This document shows positions 16,525 through 25,590 of a DNA stretch of 64,000 nt, one piece after another. This stretch comes from a virus. The stretch lies in UHGV virus genome UHGV-1351772. One strand, written 5' to 3'. Within the stretch, counting starts at the first letter, position 1. Every line of letters starts with the position of its first letter. A program made the position numbers and the translations under genes. The notes under the pieces were generated by a model. That model was not told the origin of the DNA. It searched no databases and saw nothing but the letters and a program-made list of their open reading frames with translations.

Positions 16525-18582
16525 ATGAGTTTTATTCCACGAAACGGCGCGCCATTGAATAACAAGCAAGGGTGGCAGGATAACTCTGTCCCTGAGCTTG
16601 TCCGGACCCCCACGGGTGATCCGATTCATAAGCCGCTGATCTTCACCTTTGCATCACGCGGGGTAGACGACGAGGCGTTCCCGTTATCCGGGGATAATGC
16701 ATTGTCTCTGCTTGGTCGTGATTTGTTCGACCTGCGTGGCGATTACGCGACGTTCAACACACCCTTCCAGGCGATGTTTAATGCCAATGGTAACGAGTGT
16801 ATGTATCAGCGTCTGGTACCGGAAGATGCGAAAGTCGCAGCTGTCCGTCTGGTGGCTGACGTCCTCGAAACCAAAGTTCCTTCATACGAGCGTGTGAACG
16901 GCATTATCCAGTATGAAACTAACGGTAAGCCGAAGAAGAAAGCGGACGTTGATGGCTTGAAAGTGGTTTTCCGTCTGCAAGTTGTCGAAGATGTAAGCAC
17001 CCTGAAAAAAGGTGTGGTTACTGAAGGGACAATGACCGACGAAACTACCCAGGCGAAATCAAAGCTCTATCCGATCTTCGACATTAAAGGCCCGTACGCG
17101 GGTGCTGATGTCAACGGTTTCGGTTTTAAACTGGTTCCGCTGAACGAAAAATCCAGCCCATCTATCGCGTCTGCTTATCAGACCAACGTAGGTGGACGTA
17201 TGTACGCACTGCAATGGTTTGAAACCTTAGCAGGGGTTACATCGCCGGTAATTTGGAAGACCCTTAAAGGTCTTAGCAGCATCAATGTTAGCTTCAAGCC
17301 CGATGCATACTATCAGCCGATGGCTACTCAACTGGACTTCGAAGTCGTTGTTCCAGATGCCTATCGTCAGACGATGCCAGACATCGGTGGTCTGCCGGAC
17401 TACGGTCCTTTCGAAGAGTTCTACATTTACCGTGAAAACCTGGAAACTGTTCTGAAACTGGCACAGTCTAAAATTCAGAATGCGAAACCAGCGATCACCG
17501 ATCCGTATATGGTCGATATCTTCGGCGGCCTGGATTTAACCGGTCAAATGTACGATGGTCTGCAAGTTAGCCCATCTGATGAAGTGGGTAAAGTTGTCTT
17601 TTCTGCTTCTAACATTCACTATCTGCAGGGCGGTAGTGACGGGACGATGGGTAATGATGCTTACGACAAACTCGTGCGTCGTGAGATGAGTCAGTTCCCG
17701 GACGGCGGTAAAGTCCGTTACGATAACGAACTGAAATATTCGTTAGGCTGCTTCTGGGACTCCGGTTTTAGCATGGATACCAAGAAAGTGCTGACCAATT
17801 TCATTGGTCGTTCTCGTAACACGTTCTTGACACTCTGTACTCACGTTTATAACGAAGGTCGTAATGACTTACAAACCGAAGAGAACGTGAAGACAGCGCT
17901 GATCGAAATGATTACGTCCGTGCCTGAGTCGTCCTATTACGGTACCCCGGCGTGCCGTGGGATGATTACTGGCCAGTCTGCTTTCATCCGTAACTCGAGC
18001 TACAAGAAACCGGTTCCGATGTGTTATAGCATTGCGAACTTCTTCTCGAAGTATCTCGGTTCCGGTGAAGGACGTGCAAAACCGGCGTATCGTTTCAGCC
18101 GTGGTGAAGAGACGATCATCGAAGATCTGTACGATTTGAGTATGCCGTGGAAAGGTAACGAGATTTACGCGTCCGACTGGGATGTGTCCCTGGTTACCGC
18201 ACGTTCCCGCGACTACTATCGTTTGTTCATCCCAGCTATCCAGTCCATCTATAGCGAAGAACGTTCAGTGCTGAACAATGCACTGTTTAACTTTATCCTG
18301 ACTTACGTTTATCGTGTCAGCGATCAGGTTTGGGCAGATATGTCCGGTGAAAGCCGTATGACGGACGACGAACGCGCGAAAATGATTGAAAACAAAATCA
18401 CCGAGCGTTTGGAAGGTCGCCTGGATAATATTGCCGACATTACCCCGAGTGCGTATATGACAGCGGACGATAAAGCCAATGGCTACTCTATCACGCTGGA
18501 CATTAAAGCTGAAGGCGGTGTACTGTTGTCGCAGTTCAACACGACGATCAAAGTTTATCGTCGCAACAGTACGGAGGTCTAA
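16525..18582 (+). CDS. probable contractile tail sheath protein (685 aa)
   Basis: Sheath-like pattern seen by eye. The N-terminal part reads KPLIFTFASRGV..FPLSGDNALSLLG..FNANGNECMYQRL. A mid segment reads YLQGGSDGTMGNDAYDKL. It is followed immediately by a roughly 290-aa gene (tube position). GGAG RBS. Confidence 0.55.
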   Translation: MSFIPRNGAPLNNKQGWQDNSVPELVRTPTGDPIHKPLIFTFASRGVDDEAFPLSGDNALSLLGRDLFDLRGDYATFNTPFQAMFNANGNECMYQRLVPEDAKVAAVRLVADVLETKVPSYERVNGIIQYETNGKPKKKADVDGLKVVFRLQVVEDVSTLKKGVVTEGTMTDETTQAKSKLYPIFDIKGPYAGADVNGFGFKLVPLNEKSSPSIASAYQTNVGGRMYALQWFETLAGVTSPVIWKTLKGLSSINVSFKPDAYYQPMATQLDFEVVVPDAYRQTMPDIGGLPDYGPFEEFYIYRENLETVLKLAQSKIQNAKPAITDPYMVDIFGGLDLTGQMYDGLQVSPSDEVGKVVFSASNIHYLQGGSDGTMGNDAYDKLVRREMSQFPDGGKVRYDNELKYSLGCFWDSGFSMDTKKVLTNFIGRSRNTFLTLCTHVYNEGRNDLQTEENVKTALIEMITSVPESSYYGTPACRGMITGQSAFIRNSSYKKPVPMCYSIANFFSKYLGSGEGRAKPAYRFSRGEETIIEDLYDLSMPWKGNEIYASDWDVSLVTARSRDYYRLFIPAIQSIYSEERSVLNNALFNFILTYVYRVSDQVWADMSGESRMTDDERAKMIENKITERLEGRLDNIADITPSAYMTADDKANGYSITLDIKAEGGVLLSQFNTTIKVYRRNSTEV

Positions 18583-18585
18583 TAG

Positions 18586-19461
18586 ATGTCTATCAAAGAA
18601 CGCATGATTTTACCTGACCAGGGCCTCCACGTCGATGGCGGCCAGTACGATATGGTTAACCCCTTTTCGTCTGGTCAAAACGGTCCGGTCGGCCAGGTTG
18701 GTAAGTTCGTTACCAACGCCCACCGTCTGCGTCGTAACGTAATCGCACGTGTGATGGAATTCCCTCGTTGGGTTGATTACATGCCGAACCCACAACTGTG
18801 GCGTCAGGCAATCAAATCGTTCATCGAGGTTCACACCACGATTACCGGTCTGGACAAATCCCTGAGTGCTGAGTACGTACAGACCCAGCAGGGACGTAAC
18901 AACCGCGTTCAGTATGAAGCTGGTCTGGTAACGGAAGCACTGTCTTCGGTTACGCACACGACCCCGGATAAACTGGGTAAAGTGTATCAGAACATGCTCT
19001 GGGCGTGGTTGGTTTACGGTGTTTGTGATCCGCACACAGGCCACCCTGGTCTGGCGGCAATCAACCCGAACGTGCCAGATCACTTGCCGGATATGTACAG
19101 CATGACAGTGCTGTATTTCGAACCGGATGCGTATCAGCGTAAACCGCAGAACGCTTGGTGGCTGACGAACATGGCTCCTGAGTCTAACGGTCAGGATATC
19201 GGTGAACGTGACCCGAACACCGGACCTCAGACCAACGAACTGTCTATCACCTTCACCTCCCAGCAATGGACAGGTTGGGGTCCGATGCAGGCAGCTCAGA
19301 AAGAACTGGAGCGCATGAAGCTTTACGGTCTGCGTCCTTACGAACGCAAACTGTGGCTTACTCCGTCTCAACAGACCAACGGTATCAACCCAGACGTCGA
19401 TGCTACGGCTGGCGGTTATCGTTCTGTGTCCGACGAGCAGATGGCAAATCAGCTTCGTTAA
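18586..19461 (+). CDS. probable tail tube protein (291 aa)
   Basis: It starts 3 nt after the sheath stop with a GGAGG RBS. A 253-aa stop-free antisense frame is consistent with strongly biased codon usage. The call rests on position only. Confidence 0.4.
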   Translation: MSIKERMILPDQGLHVDGGQYDMVNPFSSGQNGPVGQVGKFVTNAHRLRRNVIARVMEFPRWVDYMPNPQLWRQAIKSFIEVHTTITGLDKSLSAEYVQTQQGRNNRVQYEAGLVTEALSSVTHTTPDKLGKVYQNMLWAWLVYGVCDPHTGHPGLAAINPNVPDHLPDMYSMTVLYFEPDAYQRKPQNAWWLTNMAPESNGQDIGERDPNTGPQTNELSITFTSQQWTGWGPMQAAQKELERMKLYGLRPYERKLWLTPSQQTNGINPDVDATAGGYRSVSDEQMANQLR

Positions 19462-19477
19462 GCAAAAAAAATAAGTT

Positions 19478-19504
19478 TACCTACCTCCGTCAAGGAGGTA
19501 GGTA
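19478..19504. terminator. bidirectional terminator (TACCTACCTCC..GGAGGTAGGTA family)
   Basis: 11-bp perfect stem with loop GTCAA. A8 lies upstream and a T-run downstream. Confidence 0.9.
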
Positions 19505-19508
19505 GCTT

Positions 19509-20066
19509 TTATTTTTCTTCTTGCGCCAGTTGTTTACGGGCAGAAGAACGAATAATTAAGTTTTTCATCTGCATTAACAGCAGGAACGTAGAGAGTAGAT
19601 CGAACGTGGTGGGTGGTGTGTTGGTGGTGTCGCTGGGATAAGCAACACGCCACAGTGTTAGTTCTGTGTCACCGTTTCCTTTTTCGTTACGTATAATTTC
19701 GTTGTTGTGCAAGCTAACCAATTCAGATTCCAACGCTTCTAATACATCTTCACCGAACTCAATCCGTAAGAGCTGTTTGAAACGGATAACGTAACCGGCG
19801 ACGACATTACCGACTGAACTGCTACGTATTTCGGTTAAGAAACGCTGGTAGCCGTTGATAGTGTGTGGGATCGTTTCAGCAGGCCATCCCGCGATGTGTG
19901 GAAACGCATCACCTAAAGTGGCTTGCATAGACAACGTAAAGATTTCACCGATCTGGTTAAGATGGCTAATGACTTCTGTACGGTTCATGACGTTAGGAAG
20001 CGCGACGGCCCGTTCTGTATTCGGCTTTTCTTGAGCCACGGGATAACCATCGAATAAGTTTTGCAT
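19509..20066 (-). CDS. hypothetical protein (185 aa; start moved to the ATG with an AGGAG RBS)
   Basis: CAGGAGATAAAACA-ATG at 20066. Confidence 0.6.
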   Translation of the reverse strand: MQNLFDGYPVAQEKPNTERAVALPNVMNRTEVISHLNQIGEIFTLSMQATLGDAFPHIAGWPAETIPHTINGYQRFLTEIRSSSVGNVVAGYVIRFKQLLRIEFGEDVLEALESELVSLHNNEIIRNEKGNGDTELTLWRVAYPSDTTNTPPTTFDLLSTFLLLMQMKNLIIRSSARKQLAQEEK

Positions 20067-20095
20067 TGTTTTATCTCCTGAAATCAAAAAAATAA

Positions 20096-20113
20096 GGCGG
20101 TCATAAGACCGCC
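20096..20113 (-). terminator. hairpin terminator or attenuator immediately upstream of the RBS of CDS 19509..20066
   Basis: GGCGGTC-ATAA-GACCGCC is followed on the minus strand by TTATTTTTTT. Confidence 0.6.
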
Positions 20114-20237
20114 CTAGATTTTATTTTCTCCGTCGATGGCTCAGGTAAACCAGACCATCAATCGGTCTAGGTGGCCCTGGCTTCCGAGAAAGAGGTTGTT
20201 GCCATTTCGTAGGATTGATTTTCTCTTCAGGAACAAA

Positions 20238-20256
20238 AGCCCGATATAGTCGGGCT
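20238..20256 (-). terminator. terminator after CDS 20275..20757
   Basis: AGCCCGA..TCGGGCT hairpin is followed on the minus strand by TTTTGTTCC. Confidence 0.65.
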
Positions 20257-20274
20257 CCTGAAATAATGCCGATC

Positions 20275-20757
20275 TTATTCGTCGTCTTCGTCATCGCCCG
20301 CCATCATCGCGTCGGCAAACACTTTGCGCATTTTCCCTTCCAGCTCTTTTGACTTAGGTACACCGTAACCAAAGCCGATAGAAGCTGCCCATTCAGACGC
20401 CCCTACTGTTTCCCCAGTCGGACGTGAGAACACCGTAGAGAACGACGCGTTACCAATATTCGTGGTAAGGTCCAGTGCGACCAGTTCGTCGTCTGCTTTC
20501 GCTTTCTCAACGATAAGTTCTGACGCAACCTTACCGTAGACTTCCAGGAAGTTCGCATCGTGTTGGCGAACCGCATCCGCATCCTGTAGCGTCAGACGAT
20601 AATCGGTGTCGTTCACTTTGATGACCGGAAGTGATTCTTCGTAGATTTTGATTAACGGGTCTGCGTTAAGTACCGCGCTTTCGTCCAGAGTCATTGCCGG
20701 AGTTTCCAGCGCATCGATCATTGCAGCCAGTTCTTTAGTAGACATTACTTGTGCCAT
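20275..20757 (-). CDS. hypothetical acidic protein (160 aa, C-terminus AGDDEDDE)
   Basis: AAGGAA RBS. No motif recognised. Confidence 0.65.
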   Translation of the reverse strand: MAQVMSTKELAAMIDALETPAMTLDESAVLNADPLIKIYEESLPVIKVNDTDYRLTLQDADAVRQHDANFLEVYGKVASELIVEKAKADDELVALDLTTNIGNASFSTVFSRPTGETVGASEWAASIGFGYGVPKSKELEGKMRKVFADAMMAGDDEDDE

Positions 20758-20776
20758 TTGATTTATTCCTTAAGGT

Positions 20777-21448
20777 TTACTGTTGTTGAAGACGGCTTTC
20801 TAAGCCAGTGATGATTTCGTCGGTGAAATACGCTAAGTCGAGCATTTCAACGTACTCTTGGCGTTCCAAGATTTCTTTCGCAAACAATGCGTTATACCAA
20901 TCAGGAACACGAGATTTACCATTACGACCGAACTTATTTTGTACGTGACTGATTGCATGGAATTTTGAATCGGTAACGGATTTTCCATGGTCACGTGCGT
21001 ATAAGTAAGAGCGGTGCATGTAATTTTTAACTTCTTCGACGGTAGGGATACCGCGATCGGCGGCAGCGACAATTTCAGAAACAATGGAATTATAACCACC
21101 TTTGTGGGAACTCCGATGTTCTAATACTGCATACGCTACCTCGGTTACATCGTCGGAACTAAGTTTAAAACGACGTCTGAGAATAGGCGCAGAATCAAGC
21201 ACGTAATTGAATGCTTTGATGTGGTGGGAGGCACGGTCGGCAGGTGTGGAGAAAATATCGTGCGCTGCTACAGCAACCAGAACATTCTTTAAGTGTTGAG
21301 TTTCGTTCAACAGGTAAGCGATACGGACAGCGTTCGACTTCACAGAAAGAATGTGGTCTAGTCGATGTGCGCTATCGGTATAGCGATAGAAATCGCGGAA
21401 GTGGCTAAGTACACGTTCCCAGAATTTATTAATTTCGGTAGCTTCCAT
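20777..21448 (-). CDS. HD-domain phosphohydrolase (223 aa)
   Basis: H..H then HD signature: HRLDH ... VAVAAHDIF ... LEHRSSH. Confidence 0.6.
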   Translation of the reverse strand: MEATEINKFWERVLSHFRDFYRYTDSAHRLDHILSVKSNAVRIAYLLNETQHLKNVLVAVAAHDIFSTPADRASHHIKAFNYVLDSAPILRRRFKLSSDDVTEVAYAVLEHRSSHKGGYNSIVSEIVAAADRGIPTVEEVKNYMHRSYLYARDHGKSVTDSKFHAISHVQNKFGRNGKSRVPDWYNALFAKEILERQEYVEMLDLAYFTDEIITGLESRLQQQ

Positions 21449-21469
21449 TGATAATACCTTACAAGTCGA

Positions 21470-21859
21470 TTAAGAGAATGTGAACTGACAGCGTGCCAAC
21501 AGAATACGATGGTTTTTCCAATCGTCAGGTTCTTGGATAATGTTTCGATAAAGGATATGGTCGGTGCTTACTACCCTTGCAAGCTCTTGCACCATATCCG
21601 GGAGCGTAGATGCTTTTAGCCGATGCGCTTCACGCCACTTAGGAGACGCCATACGGCACAGAAACGCATCTTTAGGTACGATGGTATTGCTTTCCTCTTT
21701 TAACGTCTCTAAATGCGCCTCAACGCGTTTTACGTGGAGCTCAAGTGCTTGTGGGTCTGTTACGAAAGTATAGAATCTGTCATCGCGACGTAAGCTACAC
21801 AGAATCCATAAGGTAAAGGGGTCACGACAAATATCAATGAATTGTTCTGACCAGACCAT
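21470..21859 (-). CDS. hypothetical protein, paralog of 21834..22259 (start moved to the ATG after GGGAG)
   Basis: Shares DPF and KWR(K/E)AH(P/R)L segments with the upstream gene. Confidence 0.55.
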   Translation of the reverse strand: MVWSEQFIDICRDPFTLWILCSLRRDDRFYTFVTDPQALELHVKRVEAHLETLKEESNTIVPKDAFLCRMASPKWREAHRLKASTLPDMVQELARVVSTDHILYRNIIQEPDDWKNHRILLARCQFTFS

Positions 21860-22259
21860 GAGCTGCATCTCCCTGAGTGTTACCTGCGAGTTCAATTGTT
21901 ACTATATCGATATTCGTCATGGCCGCACGCAAGACAATTGCTAAGACCTCATGGTCAGATTCATCCAGTTTGGTCCAAAGCTTTTTATCCGCTTTCACTT
22001 CTGGAAGTAGTTTTTCAATTGATAAATTAATGTATTCGGATAACGGATGTGCTTTTCTCCATTTTTCGTCTTTAAGTGTCTCAACCAACACTTTCATGTT
22101 GCCCGGGAATTCCAGGATTTCTTTTTCTAAATACGCAGAGCTTTGTTCGCGCAGGTATGCTTCATCGGAGAGGAGACGGTTTAAATCTTCAGCAACACCT
22201 GCTGCTCTGACAGCGACCATCATTACAACAAACGGGTCTTTAAATAATTCGTTTTTCAT
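21834..22259 (-). CDS. hypothetical protein (141 aa), paralog of 21470..21859
   Basis: AAAGGAG RBS. Shared motifs are listed for the paralog. Confidence 0.6.
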   Translation of the reverse strand: MKNELFKDPFVVMMVAVRAAGVAEDLNRLLSDEAYLREQSSAYLEKEILEFPGNMKVLVETLKDEKWRKAHPLSEYINLSIEKLLPEVKADKKLWTKLDESDHEVLAIVLRAAMTNIDIVTIELAGNTQGDAAHGLVRTIH

Positions 22260-22308
22260 CTTTAATACTCCTTTAGGTTAAACAGTCGAATAGCGTGTAA
22301 TTCTACAA

Positions 22309-22335
22309 CGCTCACCTAAGTAAAATATATCTAAG
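22309..22335 (-). promoter_or_regulatory. variant of the recurring promoter-like motif (minus-strand reading CTTAGATATATTTTACTTAGGTGAGCG)
   Basis: It lies between terminator 22365..22393 and the ATG at 22259. Confidence 0.4.
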
Positions 22336-22364
22336 ATAATTTTCAATAGGGTTAAAATAAAGGT

Positions 22365-22393
22365 GGGCTAGTCTATTCGATGAATAGACTAGC
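22365..22393 (-). terminator. rho-independent terminator after CDS 22403..22954
   Basis: 13-bp stem GGCTAGTCTATTC/GAATAGACTAGCC, followed on the minus strand by CACCTTTATTTT. Confidence 0.8.
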
Positions 22394-22402
22394 CGAATGG
22401 TT

Positions 22403-22954
22403 TTACTGCACGCACAAAATCTGACCTGAGTATTCGAAGGGATTTTCTGCGAATGTTCTGAGTTGTCGACAAATGGCGTCAACGTCAGGCTCATCCGTCC
22501 GCGTATAGATCGCGGTCCCGTTCTTTAACACCCACTCACGGCAATTCCGGCCATAGTCATCCACTAACAATCTCCCCTTATCAGCGTAAGTCGCTTTTTC
22601 TGCAGAGTTTGTGGTTACGATAACTTTGTGACCAGGCACACCAAAGTGTTTCTCGAAGAATAATTTTTTACACTCAACAACACGGTCGTGATCGAAATGG
22701 TCTTCCGAACCCGACGTTAATATCGCCCAGCATTCCCCCAGACTTTCTACCGTTTCGAGGATTTTTGCGGCCTCGGGTATAGGGTCTAGTTTATAGAAAA
22801 GATCCGGGTCCTTTAAATACATTTCCCGGACCAGTGCACGGCGGTGCAATTCCGGCATTCCATGAAATTCTTGTATGGACATTCCTTGAAAGTGGTGGGT
22901 CAGCACGTATTTGCGCCAACTTGCGAATACGCCGTCACTATCTAAATTGAACAT
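22403..22954 (-). CDS. HAD-superfamily 5'(3')-deoxyribonucleotidase-like protein (183 aa)
   Basis: N-terminal motif I FNLDSDGVFA (DxDG). The size and layout fit NT5C-type nucleotidases. Confidence 0.5.
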   Translation of the reverse strand: MFNLDSDGVFASWRKYVLTHHFQGMSIQEFHGMPELHRRALVREMYLKDPDLFYKLDPIPEAAKILETVESLGECWAILTSGSEDHFDHDRVVECKKLFFEKHFGVPGHKVIVTTNSAEKATYADKGRLLVDDYGRNCREWVLKNGTAIYTRTDEPDVDAICRQLRTFAENPFEYSGQILCVQ

Positions 22955-23020
22955 TTTTGATTATCCTTTTTGTAGAAGTTCCTCCGACACAATAACGGTA
23001 GAAATCGTAAAATAAAAAAA

Positions 23021-23320
23021 TTAAGACTGCTTAATCGAAAGAATGAACCGAAACGGTTCAGTTAACAAGAGGTAAGTACGTGTAAAGTCGATTTCGGTAC
23101 CGGCTTGACGCACATCGCAATAAAATTTCGCGATATCTTGTTGTGAAATACCTGCGACAATGTTGTTGACTTTACGTTTGGTGTCAAAACGTTCAGCGAG
23201 TATCGAAGAAAGCACTTCCTTTCCAGCACGCTCTTGAACGGCATAGATTGTTAGTGCTTTCAATTCCTCAGGCGTTAAAGTTTGCAAAGTCGGAGGTATG
23301 GCAATGTTAACCACTTTCAT
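23021..23320 (-). CDS. hypothetical protein (99 aa)
   Basis: GAGGGAAGC-ATG. Confidence 0.55.
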   Translation of the reverse strand: MKVVNIAIPPTLQTLTPEELKALTIYAVQERAGKEVLSSILAERFDTKRKVNNIVAGISQQDIAKFYCDVRQAGTEIDFTRTYLLLTEPFRFILSIKQS

Positions 23321-23369
23321 GCTTCCCTCACAATCGACAAATTCGGGTTGCAGACCATGAACTGGGCGA

Positions 23370-24008
23370 TTATGGAGTTACAGTGTATTCGTTTAACGCA
23401 GCGTCAAAAATACCCCGAGAGATTTCCTTTGCATCAGAAATCGTAATCTGAGGTTCCCGTTCACTACACGCTACAGTAAGCTCGTAGAATGAACCACCCT
23501 TTAATAGCTGGTTAGCATTCAAACGAACGTCTTGGTTAAGCGCTACTGCTAACGTGTGAGTGTATCCGTTGTTTGCCAGTCGAACTAAACGCAGTTCACC
23601 GACCATACTGGGTTTAATTTCCCAGTTTGATAAGCGGTGAGGAACAATCCACACTTCATTAGCGCGGTAAGGCTCAGCCGACAGCTCTATCGAGGGCTGG
23701 ACAACATCACGTTCGTCGAACCCATACAGATAAAAACGTGGCACAGCGGTTGTGGTTTCCGCAGGTGTAAAGTAGCGACGGACACCACGCAGGCAGCGTT
23801 CTAAATCGACAGAGCAGCAAATACGGGGTACCGTTTTGTCTTCGTCTCTGTAAACGCTATAAGGAATCCGAGGTGTGAAAACCGAAATCTTTCGATCGCT
23901 GATATGCAACGGGGCGCTATCTAACTTTTTCAAAGAAACTTTCTTTGCGGTGCGCGGCAGTTGTTGCTCTAACCACTTCACCAACGAAGGTTCAATAGTA
24001 TCAGCCAT
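23370..24008 (-). CDS. hypothetical protein (212 aa)
   Basis: It abuts the protease gene with no gap. Confidence 0.65.
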   Translation of the reverse strand: MADTIEPSLVKWLEQQLPRTAKKVSLKKLDSAPLHISDRKISVFTPRIPYSVYRDEDKTVPRICCSVDLERCLRGVRRYFTPAETTTAVPRFYLYGFDERDVVQPSIELSAEPYRANEVWIVPHRLSNWEIKPSMVGELRLVRLANNGYTHTLAVALNQDVRLNANQLLKGGSFYELTVACSEREPQITISDAKEISRGIFDAALNEYTVTP

Positions 24009-24812
24009 TTACCACTTCCCGTTACCTAAACCCATAACACGCAGGTTAGTTTTCTTATTAGCGATGGCCAGGTACTCCTGCGCTAACGCACGAACTTCAC
24101 CACGACGAGATTCTGTCGCGATAGTAGACGTAGTGTTAGGATTTCGCAGAATGTCCTCCAGCGCCTGGAGGGAGACGCGACGGTCCAGCAGAACGCGTGT
24201 GGATTCTTGAGCCACTTTACTACCGCGTTGAATCGCAGAGTATTTGTTACAAATCTGCAACCCGTCCTCGATAACCCAGTCAAACGTTACCAGGCGATCC
24301 AGGCGACGCGTTTTCACACCACCTACATAACCTTCACGCACGATTGCACGCAGAGAGAAACACACATTCTGGTGTGGGTTTTCGAGCGCTTCTGCTAAGT
24401 ACGGACCACGTTCACGGTTCGGCTTAATCCAGCCCCAGATTTCCATAACCGGCAACCCGTTACAGGTTTGGTCGGTTGGAATCACTTCAACTTCACGAAT
24501 GTGCATACAGACGTTTTTCGTCTCAATCCATTCGTTGCGATCAATCCATTGCGCTTCGGTCATACCAGGTTCTGGTGCTGGGTGATCTTCTTCCCCGAAC
24601 AGATTCCCTGCCTTCACTTTACGCATAAAGATATTCGAGCGTTCGAATACGTGCTTAGACTCGTTATAGGCGTAAAAAATCCCTTCCGAGTTAAAGATAT
24701 TCAAAGCACCCAATAGTACGCGGTAATAACCATCCGCGTCTTTCTCCAGTGTGGCTGGAGCGTTAACACCGGCTAACGCTACGCAGTTGTAACGCAGTGT
24801 TAAATTGTCCAT
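24009..24812 (-). CDS. probable prohead protease, T4 gp21-like (267 aa)
   Basis: LFGEEDHPAPE parallels T4 gp21 ALGELNHPP (catalytic His region). A downstream segment CFSLRAIV lies at the position of the gp21 Ser motif. This is a by-eye match only. Confidence 0.5.
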   Translation of the reverse strand: MDNLTLRYNCVALAGVNAPATLEKDADGYYRVLLGALNIFNSEGIFYAYNESKHVFERSNIFMRKVKAGNLFGEEDHPAPEPGMTEAQWIDRNEWIETKNVCMHIREVEVIPTDQTCNGLPVMEIWGWIKPNRERGPYLAEALENPHQNVCFSLRAIVREGYVGGVKTRRLDRLVTFDWVIEDGLQICNKYSAIQRGSKVAQESTRVLLDRRVSLQALEDILRNPNTTSTIATESRRGEVRALAQEYLAIANKKTNLRVMGLGNGKW

Positions 24813-24843
24813 TGTTTTCCCCGAGTAAAAGTAAAAGGTAAGA

Positions 24844-25578
24844 TTACCTCATAAACAAATCTTCGAGCGGTTCGGCACGCACCGGGTCAACCTGTAGCGC
24901 AGAACGAATACCACGTTTAAGTTCTACGTCTGCAAGTTTCGCCAGTCTCGACGTTTTGTTAAGTGAACCACTGCGCAACGGAATAAACTGCACAGGGTTG
25001 TTAAGATCGCTATCTTTCTTCAGCGTGTAACGGAAGAACGTTCTCGGATCACCTACTTTACGCTGCGTGTGTGCTGCGTAAACGTCAGCGGTAATCTGAT
25101 CGGCAAATACAGTAAAACCGTTCCATTTCTTGACTTTATCAGGTGCCAAGAGTTCAGCATCATCCGCTGCAGTAAACCAGAAAGGACGATTACCAAAGTC
25201 GTAAATATACGACGCAATGTTGTAAATAGGGTGAGACAACACCTGTAAATTGCGGTTGGGGAAAACCACTGTACCGGGATCAAAACGAAATTCGTAATAA
25301 GGAACGCCAAAGACGTCGATCTCTTCAAACGCCGTTGGGGTAATTTCCATAAGCGTTGTCACGCTGGACACCCCATATGTTTTACGGTCGGTAGAAATCG
25401 CAAAGATCCCTACAATTGTTACCGTAGAAGAAATAACCGCCAACTCCTTCGCCACAAACCCAACGGGGATGTAAATGTAACACCCCCCTTTGGTAGTGGT
25501 GACCGTGCCGTTATTTACCAAGTCCGCATGAACCTTAGTAGGGTCACGACGGGCTGTTTCAATCGCACTCACGATCAC
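24844..25578 (-). CDS. hypothetical protein (244 aa)
   Basis: Long ORF in the block between the RNAP genes and the protease. Confidence 0.65.
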   Translation of the reverse strand: MIVSAIETARRDPTKVHADLVNNGTVTTTKGGCYIYIPVGFVAKELAVISSTVTIVGIFAISTDRKTYGVSSVTTLMEITPTAFEEIDVFGVPYYEFRFDPGTVVFPNRNLQVLSHPIYNIASYIYDFGNRPFWFTAADDAELLAPDKVKKWNGFTVFADQITADVYAAHTQRKVGDPRTFFRYTLKKDSDLNNPVQFIPLRSGSLNKTSRLAKLADVELKRGIRSALQVDPVRAEPLEDLFMR

Positions 25579-25590
25579 CTCCTAAGCGCG

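Noticed and set aside
13027-18582. Calling the 838-aa ORF the portal and the 685-aa ORF the major capsid protein because of their size and proximity to the terminase
   Set aside because: The 685-aa protein shows sheath-type patterns and is followed by a tube-sized gene. Nothing in the 838-aa sequence identifies a portal. In phiKZ-like genomes the head genes are not necessarily next to the terminase.
18610-19371. 253-aa ORF antisense to the tail tube gene (a similar case is 25696..26289, 197 aa, antisense to the 486-aa gene)
   Set aside because: The predicted proteins are Arg/Val/Thr-rich with no RBS, and they lie entirely inside strong sense-strand genes. Stop-free antisense frames are an expected by-product of biased codon usage.
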